Below are positions 29,697 to 40,207 of a stretch of 64,000 bases of DNA, in pieces. Source of the stretch: Vampirovibrionales bacterium (GTDB lineage: Bacteria > Cyanobacteriota > Vampirovibrionia > Vampirovibrionales > Vampirovibrionaceae). The position numbers and the translations under genes were made by a program. The stretch is taken from positions 1,997,184-2,061,183 of the forward strand of contig JADJRF010000005.1 of assembly GCA_016712355.1 (NCBI GenBank). The letters are read 5' to 3'. The notes under the pieces are model-generated. The model saw nothing but the letters and a program-made list of their open reading frames with translations. It was not told the origin of the DNA and did not search any database. Every line of letters begins with the position of its first letter. The stretch's first letter is position 1.

Positions 29697-30749
29697 TCAG
29701 ATACGCGCCTCCGCAGGGGGTTCGGGCGTTTCAGGCGGCGGCGGGGTCAAGAAAATCTTGATCGCCTCGCCGCGCTGGTAGCGCGCCAGCGCCTCATCGA
29801 TCGCCGACATCGGAAAAGAGTGAGTACAGAGGGGCGACACGTCAATCTGACCGTTAAAAATCAGCGCCGCAGCTTCCCGCAGGTCTTCCACCGCTGGCGA
29901 GTAGCTGGGAATCACCGACAATTCGCGAAAATACAGCAAGCCCGGATCCAGCGTCGGTCCCGCATGGTGCGGACTGGCAAAGAGAATCAGGGCGCCGCCA
30001 TCGCGCGCGCGCTGCAACGAGAGCGACAGCGTTTGCGGCGTCACGACGCTCAGAAAAACCCGATCCACAGGCGCTTCAGCGGGCGGAATCAGGGGCGCGT
30101 CCGCATCCACCGTGACGCCGGCGTCGAGCCATCCGCGCGAAAGCCCTAGAGCGACGCGATCTGCTTGACGATCATAGCCTTCTACCCAGTAGCCGCGCAT
30201 TTTATAGACTTGCGCTGCCATTAAACCGATGAATCCCAGACCGATAATAGCGACCCGCCCCTGATAGGCCTCACCGCCACGGCGAACGGCGCGCAGCACG
30301 CAGGCCATGGGTTCTACGCAACTGGCTTCGGCATCGCCAATCGCATCGGGGACGGCAAAGGTCGTCAACCGCAAATGATCAGCGCTCAGCGCCAGACGCT
30401 GGGAGAATCCGCCGGGAATGAGATTACTGCGCTTGAATTGCGCGCACATGGATTCCGCGCCATTGCGGCAATCGTGACAGGCCCCGCACGGCGTATGATG
30501 GGCGCAGGCCACGCGATCGCCCACCCGAAAATCGCTTGTCGCCTCTGGGCAGAGGGCTTCAATGCGACCGACGACTTCATGGCCCAGCACCGCGCCGGGA
30601 GGAGCCTTGCGGTGACGCCATTTATCCAGATCAGATCCGCACAGGCCGCAGCCGATGACGCGTAATAACGCGCCTCCTCGCGGCAAGACCGGATTCTGAA
30701 CCTGACTGAGAGCTAAAGAGCCGTTATTCTGAACCGTTGCGGCCAACAT
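29697..30749 (-). CDS. Zinc-dependent alcohol dehydrogenase family (threonine/sorbitol DH-like)
   Basis: GCGLCGSDLDKW, GHEVVGRIE, a C..C..C..C structural zinc site, GLGFIGL Rossmann motif. Start at MLAATVQ, cat verified at 30747-30749. Confidence 0.8.
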   Translation of the reverse strand: MLAATVQNNGSLALSQVQNPVLPRGGALLRVIGCGLCGSDLDKWRHRKAPPGAVLGHEVVGRIEALCPEATSDFRVGDRVACAHHTPCGACHDCRNGAESMCAQFKRSNLIPGGFSQRLALSADHLRLTTFAVPDAIGDAEASCVEPMACVLRAVRRGGEAYQGRVAIIGLGFIGLMAAQVYKMRGYWVEGYDRQADRVALGLSRGWLDAGVTVDADAPLIPPAEAPVDRVFLSVVTPQTLSLSLQRARDGGALILFASPHHAGPTLDPGLLYFRELSVIPSYSPAVEDLREAAALIFNGQIDVSPLCTHSFPMSAIDEALARYQRGEAIKIFLTPPPPETPEPPAEARI

Positions 30750-30831
30750 TCCATCGTCTCGATTGGGTGCGCGTCTGTCTGACGGCTGCGCGCGCGCGCG
30801 CTTTATGGTAAGCATTAAAAATACCCTAAAA

Positions 30832-31281
30832 ATGAGAACGTGTCTGATGCTCCTGCTTCCCGTCAGCGACCTGCTGAACCGGCGCGATCCCATTGCGCTG
30901 GATTGCGATTTTCCTGAGATTGGCGAGGGGTGTCATCTGGCCGGCGCCATCACCGTGTGGCCTAACGGGAGCGGGTTTCGGCTGCGCGGGGCGCTTCAGG
31001 GCGAGGCGCAATTGATTTGCGATCGCTGTCTGCGCGCGTTTTCGCGACCGCTGGCGATTCAACTGGATGAAACCTTTCTGGTGCGCGCCGCCCGTCGCCC
31101 TCATGCAGAGAAGCATGGCGAGAAACACGGCGATCGGCATAGCGACCCTATCGAAGAAATGAACCCGGAAGAAACCCTCGACGAGCGCGATTCGCTGGAC
31201 ATCGCCGATCTCGCCCGCCAGTGGGCGGTGATGGAAACCGCCGGACAACGGGTCTGCGGCGATCCGACGTGCGCGTATTAA
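30832..31281 (+). CDS. YceD/DUF177 family protein (large-subunit rRNA accumulation/23S maturation)
   Basis: Conserved ICDRCL ... CGDPTC Cys motifs and an acidic segment. Start is uncertain; the track ORF starts at 30763. Confidence 0.6.
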   Translation: MRTCLMLLLPVSDLLNRRDPIALDCDFPEIGEGCHLAGAITVWPNGSGFRLRGALQGEAQLICDRCLRAFSRPLAIQLDETFLVRAARRPHAEKHGEKHGDRHSDPIEEMNPEETLDERDSLDIADLARQWAVMETAGQRVCGDPTCAY

Positions 31282-31332
31282 CAGCGCCAGGCGCGCGCGC
31301 CACTCTAGCGCTTTGCCGCTTACAATAACCCT

Positions 31333-32157
31333 ATGACCGCCGTGATTATCACTGAGGCCATCTGCCTGCGCGGCTACGATTTTAGCGAATCGAGCCGGGC
31401 GCTTCATTTTTATTCGCCCCAGCGCGGGCTTATTCGCGCGGCGGCCAAAGGCATGCGCGGGGCCAAAAGCGCCTTGTCGGGCGTGGGCGAGAAGCTGGCC
31501 ATCAGCCACTTGCAATTGCGAACCGGGGCCTCGCTGCATACGATTCTGCAGTATCAGAGCGTTGAGGCCTTTCCGTTTCTGCGCAGCGACTTGATGGCGC
31601 TGGCCTGCGCCAGCCTGTTGGCCGAAACCACGCACCGCCTCGGCGGAGAAGACGATGTGGATGCAGAGCCCACGTATATGGCGCTGCGCGGGGCCTTGTA
31701 CCGCTTGCAGGCCGTTGCCGTCGGCGCGCCGCAAACGCGCGAAGGCGAGGCCATTGGCGTCCTGGCGCAATCGCTGCTGCACTTGCTGTCGCTGAGCGGC
31801 TACGCCCCCGCGCTGGATTATTGCGTCGTCAGCGGCGAGCCGCTGGACTGGCAGGCGTCGTTCTATGCGTTTTCGCCCGAACTGGGCGGCGTTCTGAGCC
31901 CGGATGCGGCCCGGCGCGAAACGGGCGGCAGTCGCGTCAATGTCTCGACCGCCACGCTGCGCGCGCTGAGCGCCCCGGAGCGCGCGGACTGGCAGCGCGT
32001 GGACGCAACCCGCGCGCTGGGCTTTCTGCGGTATTACCTGACGTATCGATTGGAGCGCCCATTGCGGGCCTTCACGTTTTTATTGTCGCTGACATCCGCC
32101 CCCACGCCAGCATCGACCGGCGCCTCTTTAACGCGACCCTCGCCTGCGTTAGAATAG
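31333..32157 (+). CDS. recO: DNA repair protein RecO
   Basis: RecO-like N-terminal OB region (VIITEAICLRGYDFSESSRALHFYS...GLIRAAAKG) and typical length. yceD-recO neighbourhood. Confidence 0.7.
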   Translation: MTAVIITEAICLRGYDFSESSRALHFYSPQRGLIRAAAKGMRGAKSALSGVGEKLAISHLQLRTGASLHTILQYQSVEAFPFLRSDLMALACASLLAETTHRLGGEDDVDAEPTYMALRGALYRLQAVAVGAPQTREGEAIGVLAQSLLHLLSLSGYAPALDYCVVSGEPLDWQASFYAFSPELGGVLSPDAARRETGGSRVNVSTATLRALSAPERADWQRVDATRALGFLRYYLTYRLERPLRAFTFLLSLTSAPTPASTGASLTRPSPALE

Positions 32158-32232
32158 ACAGGCTGCTCTTGCGTTGTCAGCCCGGTTTCCCGTCTGAAAC
32201 GTCTTTCGCTTTGCCTAAAGGATGTTGCCGCG

Positions 32233-33663
32233 ATGACCCCTCCCTCTGCGCCGGCGCTTGAAACGCCACCGTCGCGCGCCGTGAATGAAGGCTACCGCTC
32301 GGTTCTCAAAAACCGGACGTTTGTCTTGCTCTGGCTGGGGCAGGTGTTCTCGCAACTGGGCGATCGCGTCGTCTTTGTCATCTTCATTGCCGCAATCACG
32401 GCCTATTATGGGGCCAATGATCGGTATAACAGCTACTTATATATTGCGTTTACAATTCCGGCGATTCTGCTGACGGCGATTGCCGGGGTTTTTGTCGATC
32501 GCTGGCCCCGGCGCCTCACGCTGGTCACCACGAATCTGTGCCGCGCGGCACTGCTGGCGTTTCTGCCAATGGCGGCGCATCAGGGGCTGATGGGCATTTA
32601 CGCCCTGGCGTTTCTGGTTTCGTCCGCGACGCAATTCTTCGTGCCCGCAGAGTCCGCGACGATTCCGCTGGTGGTGCGAAAAACCCAGCTCATGACGGCG
32701 AATTCCCTGTTTACGACCACGATGATGGGCTCTGTCATCTTTGGTTTTGCCCTCGGCGACCCGCTGATTAATATCTTCTCGCTGGAACAGGTTCATTGGG
32801 CCGTGGTCGGCCTGTTTTTACTGGCAGGCGGCGTGCTGTGCTTTGTCAAACCGCCGGGCGATCCGTCTGCCGCCCGACTGCGCCCTACGCAGCGAGACGT
32901 GCTGAATTCGTTACGTCGCTTCGGCGCGGAGATGCACGAGGGCGTGGCGTATATTTTAGAGCGCCGCGTCATTCTCAAGACCATCCTCAAGCTGGCGCTG
33001 CTGTTTTCGGTTGTCGTGGCGATGTGCATCCTGTTTATCAGCTTTGCGCGCGATTTTCTGTATGACAACCCGGCGGTGGCCTCGCGAAAATTCGCCTATA
33101 TCGTGACCTTCAGCGGCATCGGGATGTCGGCGGGCGCGCTGGTCGTCGGGCGATTCTTTCGCGATGCGGGACGCCAGCGCATGGCCTATGGCGGATTTCT
33201 GGCGATCGGAACGTTCCTGCTGGCGATGGCGCAAATGGACTGGATTCCCAAACACGCCATGTTGTTCGGCGTCCCGGCGCAATCGGTCTCGCTGGGCGGT
33301 GGATTGCAGTTATTTCTGGAGCGCTTCCCGCTGACGCTGCGCATGGCGCTCACGTATGGCCTTTCCACGTTGATGGGCGTCGCTGCGGCCTTTGTGGCCA
33401 TCCCCCTGCAATCGCTGTTGCACGAGGTGATTCCCGATGACAAGCGTGGTAAGATTATGGGCGTCCAGTTCACGCTGCTCAGTACGGCCTCGACGCTGCC
33501 GGTACTGGCCGCCGGCCTGGGCGTAGAATATTTCGGGACAGCGGCGATGCTGAATTTGATGGGCGCGCCGGTGTTCGCAGTCGGCCTGTTCGGCCTGATG
33601 CGCCTGATTGCAAGGGCCAGAGAGAGACGACATCATGCCCATTCCGCTGCTGAAGACTGGTAA
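32233..33663 (+). CDS. MFS transporter
   Basis: Twelve hydrophobic helices. DRWPRR/GRFFRD-type loop motifs. Confidence 0.7.
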   Translation: MTPPSAPALETPPSRAVNEGYRSVLKNRTFVLLWLGQVFSQLGDRVVFVIFIAAITAYYGANDRYNSYLYIAFTIPAILLTAIAGVFVDRWPRRLTLVTTNLCRAALLAFLPMAAHQGLMGIYALAFLVSSATQFFVPAESATIPLVVRKTQLMTANSLFTTTMMGSVIFGFALGDPLINIFSLEQVHWAVVGLFLLAGGVLCFVKPPGDPSAARLRPTQRDVLNSLRRFGAEMHEGVAYILERRVILKTILKLALLFSVVVAMCILFISFARDFLYDNPAVASRKFAYIVTFSGIGMSAGALVVGRFFRDAGRQRMAYGGFLAIGTFLLAMAQMDWIPKHAMLFGVPAQSVSLGGGLQLFLERFPLTLRMALTYGLSTLMGVAAAFVAIPLQSLLHEVIPDDKRGKIMGVQFTLLSTASTLPVLAAGLGVEYFGTAAMLNLMGAPVFAVGLFGLMRLIARARERRHHAHSAAEDW

Positions 33664-34831
33664 ACGCGGGCGCGCCTTTCCTGAAATTCGGCGTCGGTTG
33701 TACTTCTCGGTCAGTAGCGAGGGATTCGGGCATTCCAGCCGGGCGATCGCTTTGGCGCAACAGTTTGAAGACGACGAAATTCTCATCGGCGCTTACAGCT
33801 ATGCGCTGGAGCGCGTGGAGTCGTTTGGCCTGCCGTGCGTAGAGATTCCGCAGGAAGTCGAGTTCGTGGGCGATGCAGGCAGTTTCAGCATCGGGCGCAC
33901 CTTGCTGCATAACCAGTCGCGCGCCCTGAGCTTCAATCAGATTGTGCAGGACGAGATGGAAGTCATGCGCAATTACGGCATCTCGCTGGTGATCGCCGAT
34001 GGGCGGATGGCCCCGGTACTGGCCGCCTCGCAACTGGATATTCCGTGCGTGGTGGTGACCAATCAGAGCGCCTTTTACCCGTTTTTCGCGCGGGATTCGG
34101 CGCTGGTCAAGCTGTTCGGGCGCTCGTTCGAGTGGGTCATGCGCTTCTGGCTGTCCAGCGCCGAAGAGATTTTTATCCCCGATTTTCCGCCGCCGCATAC
34201 GGTCTGCCTGCCAAATCTGGCGCGGGATTTTCAAGTCATGAAGCGCACGCGCTTTGTCGGGCCGCTGGTTGCCTGGAAGGCCGAGGATGTCGAGCCGCTG
34301 GCGCGTCCCCATGGCTCCGGTCCGCTGGTGGTCGTGGGCCTGGGCGGTCATAGTTATCGCAAGCCCTTGTTTGAAGCCGTTCTGCAAATGGCCGCGCAAT
34401 CGCCCCACATCCAGTTTGAATTGCTGACGACCTTTACGGAGTCGCAGCTTCCGCCGAACGTTCGACTGAACGCCACGCCCAAGATGGCGGTTTCGTACTT
34501 CAAGGCCGCCGATCTGGTGATTACCCAGGGCGGCCATAGCACGGCCATGGAACTGCTCACGCTGGGGCGCCCCTCGCTGGTGATTCCTGATACGAATCAG
34601 ATTGAGCAGGAGAACAACGCCCGGCGTCTGGCGGAACTGGGCGCGTCGCGCGCATTATCGTATGAGCAGGTCAGCGCGGGCTTGCTCAAACCGGCGATGG
34701 ATGCGATGCTGGAGTCGACTTCGTACCGTCAGGCCGCTGAATGTCTGGCCGCCGAAGCCGCCCAGATTGACGGCGCGCGTCGCGCAGCGGATGTTCTCCG
34801 CGAATACGCAGGACGCCTGTTGGCCTATTAG
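33635..34831 (+). CDS. GT1/GT28 (MGT/MurG-like) UDP-glycosyltransferase
   Basis: FSVSSEGFGHSSRAIALA N-terminus and a C-terminal donor-binding motif (ITQGGHSTAMELLTLGRPSLVIP). The track start at 33608 is a TTG; the in-frame ATG is at 33635. Confidence 0.7.
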   Translation: MPIPLLKTGKRGRAFPEIRRRLYFSVSSEGFGHSSRAIALAQQFEDDEILIGAYSYALERVESFGLPCVEIPQEVEFVGDAGSFSIGRTLLHNQSRALSFNQIVQDEMEVMRNYGISLVIADGRMAPVLAASQLDIPCVVVTNQSAFYPFFARDSALVKLFGRSFEWVMRFWLSSAEEIFIPDFPPPHTVCLPNLARDFQVMKRTRFVGPLVAWKAEDVEPLARPHGSGPLVVVGLGGHSYRKPLFEAVLQMAAQSPHIQFELLTTFTESQLPPNVRLNATPKMAVSYFKAADLVITQGGHSTAMELLTLGRPSLVIPDTNQIEQENNARRLAELGASRALSYEQVSAGLLKPAMDAMLESTSYRQAAECLAAEAAQIDGARRAADVLREYAGRLLAY

Positions 34832-34921
34832 CGCATCAGACGCGCCGCCGCCCGACGCCCCGCCTCTGGTAAGATGCTGGTGAGCTATTTGTATTGTTAA
34901 GCCCATGACGCCAACCTTCTC

Positions 34922-36247
34922 TTGGTAAAACGATCGTTATTTGCGCTGCTGCTGATTAACTGGGCGTTTGTCGCGCTGCTGGGTCGCTGGTTGCCGTGGG
35001 CTTCCGGCCTGACGCTGCTGTTTGTCGTGATGATCGGCTACGCCCTGCTGGTTACCGTTGCGATGGTGCACCGCAAGCGCCGCGAGCGGAAATACCCGCC
35101 GCCGCCCACCCCGCCGTGGACCCCGCGCGTGTCGCTGGTGGTGCCCGCCCATAACGAAGAGCAGGTCATTGAAGAGACGGTTGCGGCGCTGATGGCGCTG
35201 GATTATCCCGATTTCCACGTGCTGGTGATGGACGATCGCAGCGCCGACGGCACCGCCGCGCGTCTGGCCGCGCTGGCCCAGCGTTACGACCCCGCGCGCT
35301 TTGCTTATCATGTACGCGCCGCCGATGGGCGCCCCGGCAAATCCGCCGTCCTGAATGACGCGCTGGCCATGACCGATGGCGAAATCATCGCTGTCTTTGA
35401 CGCTGACGCCTTCGTCGCGCCGGATTTCATCTCGCGGATGTTGCCCTTTCTGGCTGAAGAAGGCGTGGGCGGCGCACAGGCGCGCAAGGTAATCGCCAAT
35501 GCCGACTATAACTGGCTCACGCGCTGTCAGAATTACGAATACTCGCTCGATAGCCATTTCCAGTACGGCCGCGACGCCATTCGCTGCTCGGTGGAGTTTC
35601 GCGGGAACGGGCAACTCGTCAAACGCTCGGCCATCGAAAGCGTCGGCGGCTGGAATGAGGCCAGCCTTACGGACGATCTCGACCTGTCCACGCGCTTTCA
35701 ACTGGCGGGCTGGGACGTGCGCTTTGCGCATAAGACGCTCGTCTACGAAGAAGGCATCACCCGACTGAGCGCGCTGATTCGTCAACGTCGCCGCTGGGCG
35801 CAGGGCTCGCTGACGCGCTATCTGCAATTCGGCATGCGCCTGCTGGCCAGCGATCAGGCCTCTTTACGCGCCAAAGGCGACCTGCTGGCCTATGTGGTTC
35901 AGTTTATCTTCCCGCTGTGGCTCGTGTTCGATTACTGCTATCTGGGCTATCACTACGTCACGGGGCAGGTTCACCAGATTCATATGCTGTCTTCGCTGAT
36001 GGCGTTGCCGGTGCTGTGCGGGTTCTTCTATACGGCGCTGGTCGTGGCGATTTATCGCTTTAATCGCCCCGGCGTCTGGCGCACGCTGAGCGACGCGGTG
36101 ATGACGGCCATTTACTTCATTCTGGTCTGGATTCCGGTCGTGTGCTGGGTCACGGTCAATCTCATCCGCGAGCCGCAAGGCGCATTCGACTGGGGAAAAA
36201 CTGAACACGGCGGCGCGGGTCGCCGCAATCCCGCGCTCAGCGCCTGA
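34922..36247 (+). CDS. Family 2 glycosyltransferase, membrane-integrated processive type (QxxRW)
   Basis: VSLVVPAHNEE..D..MDDRSADGT (DXD region), QRRRWAQG, multiple C-terminal TM helices. Start is uncertain: TTG at 34922, next ATG at 35030. Confidence 0.7.
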   Translation: MVKRSLFALLLINWAFVALLGRWLPWASGLTLLFVVMIGYALLVTVAMVHRKRRERKYPPPPTPPWTPRVSLVVPAHNEEQVIEETVAALMALDYPDFHVLVMDDRSADGTAARLAALAQRYDPARFAYHVRAADGRPGKSAVLNDALAMTDGEIIAVFDADAFVAPDFISRMLPFLAEEGVGGAQARKVIANADYNWLTRCQNYEYSLDSHFQYGRDAIRCSVEFRGNGQLVKRSAIESVGGWNEASLTDDLDLSTRFQLAGWDVRFAHKTLVYEEGITRLSALIRQRRRWAQGSLTRYLQFGMRLLASDQASLRAKGDLLAYVVQFIFPLWLVFDYCYLGYHYVTGQVHQIHMLSSLMALPVLCGFFYTALVVAIYRFNRPGVWRTLSDAVMTAIYFILVWIPVVCWVTVNLIREPQGAFDWGKTEHGGAGRRNPALSA

Positions 36248-36256
36248 GTACGCTCG

Positions 36257-37381
36257 CTAGACAGCCGCTGCCGTGGCTGATTCCAGGATTTCACCAGGCT
36301 CTGGCGCCGCCTTCTCACTGAGCGCGCGCCGCTGAGGGTTAAAAGGCCGGAGATTGCCGACAAACTGATCGGCGCTCTCTGCCCATGAGAACGTACGCGC
36401 ATAGGCCACGCACGCCTCGCGCGAGACGCGCAGCGCCTTGGCGACGGCTATCTGTAGATCCGGGTGGAGCGCGCCGACCGGACGCGGGGCCTCCAGCGTC
36501 GGACCAATCACGTCCAGCGGCCCCGGCGCGGGGAAAGCCGCCACCGGCGTGCCACAGGCCAGCGCCTCGAGCATGACCAGCCCAAAGGTATCCGTTTTGC
36601 TGGGAAACACCAGCGCATCGCTGGCGCAATACGCCTGCGCAAGGGCTTCTCCCTGCAAGACGCCCAGAAAATGCGCCTCAGGATAGGTCTGCTCCAGCGC
36701 GCGCCGACTCGGTCCTTCGCCCACAACGACTTTGGAGCCATGGCAGGGCAGCGACAAAAACGCTTCCAGATTCTTTTCCGGCGCGACGCGTCCAACATAG
36801 AGCAGAGCCGGACGCGGCAACGAGCGCCAGAACGCCGACGCGCCCGTGTGCGGGCGCGGGAAGAACAACGTCTGATCCACGCCGCGAGTCCAGGCGCGCA
36901 GACGCTGGAAGCCGCGATCCTGTAACTCTCGCCGCTGGGTGGGCGTTGAGACCATCACCCCGGCGGAAGCGCCATGAAACCAGCGAAGCCACGCAAAGGA
37001 AAACCACAACGGCAGTCCCACGTGAGACGCCAGATACTCCGGCAAGCGAGAATGAAACGCCGTGGTAAACGGCAGGCGGCGCTTGCGGCAATACCGGCGC
37101 GCCGCCATCCCCAAAAAACCTTCGGTCGCAATATGGATCGCGTCCGGCGCAAACGCCTCAATCTGGCGCGCGAGCGCGGGGCCCGGCCACAGGGCCAGCC
37201 GGATTTCCGGGTAGGTCGGCCATCCGAGGGCCGCGAACCCTTCCATATCAATCCAGCCCACAACATGGCCGCGCCGTTGCAGAATATCGCGCAGGGTTGA
37301 CAGCGTGCGAACGACGCCATTGGTCTGCGTTCGGTGCGTATCCGTCACAATCAGTATGCGCACAGCGGCCCTTACAGGCAT
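36257..37381 (-). CDS. GT4 family glycosyltransferase
   Basis: MPVRAAVRILIVTDTH..NGV N-terminus. EAFGLVMLEALACGTPVAAF (E-x7-E region). Start cat verified at 37379-37381. Confidence 0.75.
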   Translation of the reverse strand: MPVRAAVRILIVTDTHRTQTNGVVRTLSTLRDILQRRGHVVGWIDMEGFAALGWPTYPEIRLALWPGPALARQIEAFAPDAIHIATEGFLGMAARRYCRKRRLPFTTAFHSRLPEYLASHVGLPLWFSFAWLRWFHGASAGVMVSTPTQRRELQDRGFQRLRAWTRGVDQTLFFPRPHTGASAFWRSLPRPALLYVGRVAPEKNLEAFLSLPCHGSKVVVGEGPSRRALEQTYPEAHFLGVLQGEALAQAYCASDALVFPSKTDTFGLVMLEALACGTPVAAFPAPGPLDVIGPTLEAPRPVGALHPDLQIAVAKALRVSREACVAYARTFSWAESADQFVGNLRPFNPQRRALSEKAAPEPGEILESATAAAV

Positions 37382-37621
37382 TCCCCCTATCCCGACAAGC
37401 GAACGGGCAAGCCCTGTTTTTATTATACGCCCAACTATAAGTCCCAATCGTGACGGGTCAATGACGTACCGTCGCCGCCGCGCTCGCGAAGGGGGGGAAT
37501 CTGCTCTAGGGGCTGCGATAGCCCATAGACGGGCGCTTTTTATCAGCGCGCACGGGGCATTGAAAAACCGCCCGACTGTAACAAGACAGCCGGGCGGCAA
37601 ACGGGTTAAGAAATCAGGGCC

Positions 37622-39412
37622 TCAGCAGCAAACGGGCGTTTGCAGGCGCTGACGCACGCGCGCTACTTGCGCAGCCATCCGCTCGGGGAGGCGCGCGCCG
37701 AATTTGGCCATGAATGCCTCCACCTGCGGAAGTTCCGCGTTCCAGGCGTCGGCGTCAACGCGCAGCAGCTCGGCAAGCGCTTCCGGGGTCATATTCAACC
37801 CCGATGCGTCCAGACCGTCCGGCAGCGGCGTGCGGCCAATGGGGGTTTCTCTGGCGTCGACAGCGCCGTCAACGCGCTCGCACATCCACTTTAAAACGCG
37901 GCTGTTATCGCGGAAGCCCGGCCAGAGGAATTTACCGTCGGCGCCTTTGCGGAACCAGTTGACGTAGAAGATCTTCGGCGCGTTGGCCCCGAGGCGATCG
38001 CCCATCGCGAACCAATGCGCGAAGTAATCGGCCATGTTATAGCCACAGAACGGCAACATGGCGAACGGGTCAAAACGCAGGCCTTTGACATCAAGCGCAG
38101 CAGCAGTCGCTTCAGAAGCGCAGGTAGCGCCCATGTACACGCCATGATCCCAGTCCAGCGCCTCGGTCACCAGCGGTACGACGCTGCCGCGACGGCCACC
38201 GAAAATAAAGATATCAATCGGCACGCCGTTGGGATTTTCCCAGTCATCGCAAATCACGGGGCATTGGCTCGCAGGAGCGGTAAAGCGCGCGTTGGGATGC
38301 GCCGCCTTTTCGCCGCTTTGAGGCGTCCACGGCCGACCTTTCCAGTCGATGGCGCTCTCAATGTTTACGCCCATATCTTCCCACCAGATATCGCCCTGAG
38401 GGGTCAGGGCGCAGTTGGTGAAAATCGTATTGCGGCTGATGGTGTCCATCGCCATCGGGTTCGACGCGCGATTGGTGCCGGGCGCGACGCCGAAGAAGCC
38501 CGCTTCGGGGTTAATGGCGTACAGGCGGCCGTCCTGACCGATTTTCATCCAGGCGATATCGTCGCCGACGGTTTCACACTTCCAGCCGGGAATTGAGGGC
38601 TGCATCATCGCCAGATTGGTTTTGCCGCAGGCGCTGGGGAAGGCGGCGGCGATGTGGTAACGGCGTCCTTGCGGATTGGTCAGGCGCAGAATCAGCATGT
38701 GCTCAGCCATCCAGCCCTCGTTTCGGGCCAGATTAGAGGCGATGCGCAGGGCCAGACATTTTTTGCCGAGCAACGCGTTACCGCCGTAGCCCGAACCATA
38801 CGACCAGATGGTCTTGTCTTCAGGGAAGTGGGCGATATATTTCTGCTCGATGGGCGCGCACGGCCAGCGGCCTTCATCGGTTTCGCCCTCGGCCAGGGGC
38901 TTGCCCACCGAATGCAGACACGGAATGAATTCGCCGTCAGCGCCCAGCGCATCGAGGACGGCTTTGCCGACGCGCGTCATAATATGCATATTGGCGACGA
39001 CATACGGGCTATCGGTAATTTCCACGCCGATTTTAGCAATCGGCGAGCCCACCGGCCCCATGCTAAACGGGATCACATACAGCGTGCGTCCACGCATACA
39101 GCCATCGTAGAGGCCGCGCATGGTGGTTTTGAGGGTTTCCGGGTCAATCCAGTTGTTGGTCGGACCGGCAGCGTCCTGCGATTGCGCGGCAATATAGGTC
39201 CGGTCTTCGACCCGCGCGACATCAGACGGGTCCGAGCGGAAGAGATAGCTGTTCTCGCGCTGTTTTAGCGGGGTGGCAAGACCTTGCTCGACGAGAAGAT
39301 CCAGCATCGATTGGTATTCCTGCGGCGAGCCGTCGCACCAGTAAACGGCGCTGGGTTTGCACATGGCGCGGATTTCTTCCACCCATGCCGATAATTTACG
39401 GTTCTCCGTCAT
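37622..39412 (-). CDS. pckG: Phosphoenolpyruvate carboxykinase (GTP)
   Basis: About 600 aa with full-length similarity to GTP-PEPCK (kinase-1a [13 protein letters not shown], PEPCK-specific domains). Start at [10 protein letters not shown]. Confidence 0.9.
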   Translation of the reverse strand: MTENRKLSAWVEEIRAMCKPSAVYWCDGSPQEYQSMLDLLVEQGLATPLKQRENSYLFRSDPSDVARVEDRTYIAAQSQDAAGPTNNWIDPETLKTTMRGLYDGCMRGRTLYVIPFSMGPVGSPIAKIGVEITDSPYVVANMHIMTRVGKAVLDALGADGEFIPCLHSVGKPLAEGETDEGRWPCAPIEQKYIAHFPEDKTIWSYGSGYGGNALLGKKCLALRIASNLARNEGWMAEHMLILRLTNPQGRRYHIAAAFPSACGKTNLAMMQPSIPGWKCETVGDDIAWMKIGQDGRLYAINPEAGFFGVAPGTNRASNPMAMDTISRNTIFTNCALTPQGDIWWEDMGVNIESAIDWKGRPWTPQSGEKAAHPNARFTAPASQCPVICDDWENPNGVPIDIFIFGGRRGSVVPLVTEALDWDHGVYMGATCASEATAAALDVKGLRFDPFAMLPFCGYNMADYFAHWFAMGDRLGANAPKIFYVNWFRKGADGKFLWPGFRDNSRVLKWMCERVDGAVDARETPIGRTPLPDGLDASGLNMTPEALAELLRVDADAWNAELPQVEAFMAKFGARLPERMAAQVARVRQRLQTPVCC

Positions 39413-39643
39413 CGCATAAGTCTCCCGTGAATTAACTGAATCGAAACTCTTGGATAAAAGCGTTGGCCAAGCGGTTTGCAGCGGCAAACACGCCGGACTC
39501 GCAAAGAGAGCGAGACGATTCTACTGTGAGCGCAACCCCAGCGCAAGCCGCCGCCCTAACGCCGGACTGTTTCCAGGCAAAAGAAAAGCCCCAGCGGATT
39601 GAATCGCGCCGGAGCCTGAAAAATTACAAACGCGTAAAACGCG

Positions 39644-40207
39644 CTAGGCGTAAATCGGCGTCTGCGACGGTACAGGCGGAGGAAGTTCGGGAAACGCGGA
39701 TGCCGGACCCGCGCTTCCCGACTGTGTGAATCCCCCCATCGCAATCTGCATGAAGGCTGCCATCAGGGCCATCCAGTCGATAGTCGGCTGTTGGCTGGCG
39801 CTGGTAGATGTCTGCGGCTGCTTTTCGGCAGCTGCGCCAGACGTGGAAGTCGACGCAGAGGTCGCGCTAGCCGGAGCGGCGGCAGTCGCTTTCTGGGTTT
39901 GCGCCGTGGTCTCGCCTCGTCGCGCCTTAGCGGCCTGGCGGCCTTCAATGGTATTGTCGTAAAACTTTTTGAGTTCGGACACGGTCACCCGACCATCGCG
40001 ATTACTGTCGTAGATGTTATAGCCAAACGAATATTTTTTGGCGCTTTCCTGGCCTAAGAGGGATGCGCTCAGATCCTTGTCTGTATAGACGGACGCATCT
40101 CTACTAGCGGCCCTGAGTTCGTTTTCATCCAGGCCATTGCGGTCTCTATCAAAGCGATCGAAAATACCATTGGGACCGGTAAATTTTGCATACGTGACGG
40201 TATTCAC
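39644..40207 (-). CDS. EF-hand calcium-binding protein with Ala/Ser/Thr-rich low-complexity C-terminal half
   Basis: EF loops DRDRNGLDENE and DSNRDGRVTVSE. Confidence 0.6.
   Translation of the reverse strand: MNTVTYAKFTGPNGIFDRFDRDRNGLDENELRAASRDASVYTDKDLSASLLGQESAKKYSFGYNIYDSNRDGRVTVSELKKFYDNTIEGRQAAKARRGETTAQTQKATAAAPASATSASTSTSGAAAEKQPQTSTSASQQPTIDWMALMAAFMQIAMGGFTQSGSAGPASAFPELPPPVPSQTPIYA

Noticed and set aside
29695-29699. TGATG-coupled start for the downstream alcohol dehydrogenase
   Set aside because: It would add a 25-residue Pro/Arg-rich N-terminal extension not seen in the family. The internal ATG at 29622 gives a canonical N-terminus. It is listed as an alternative only.
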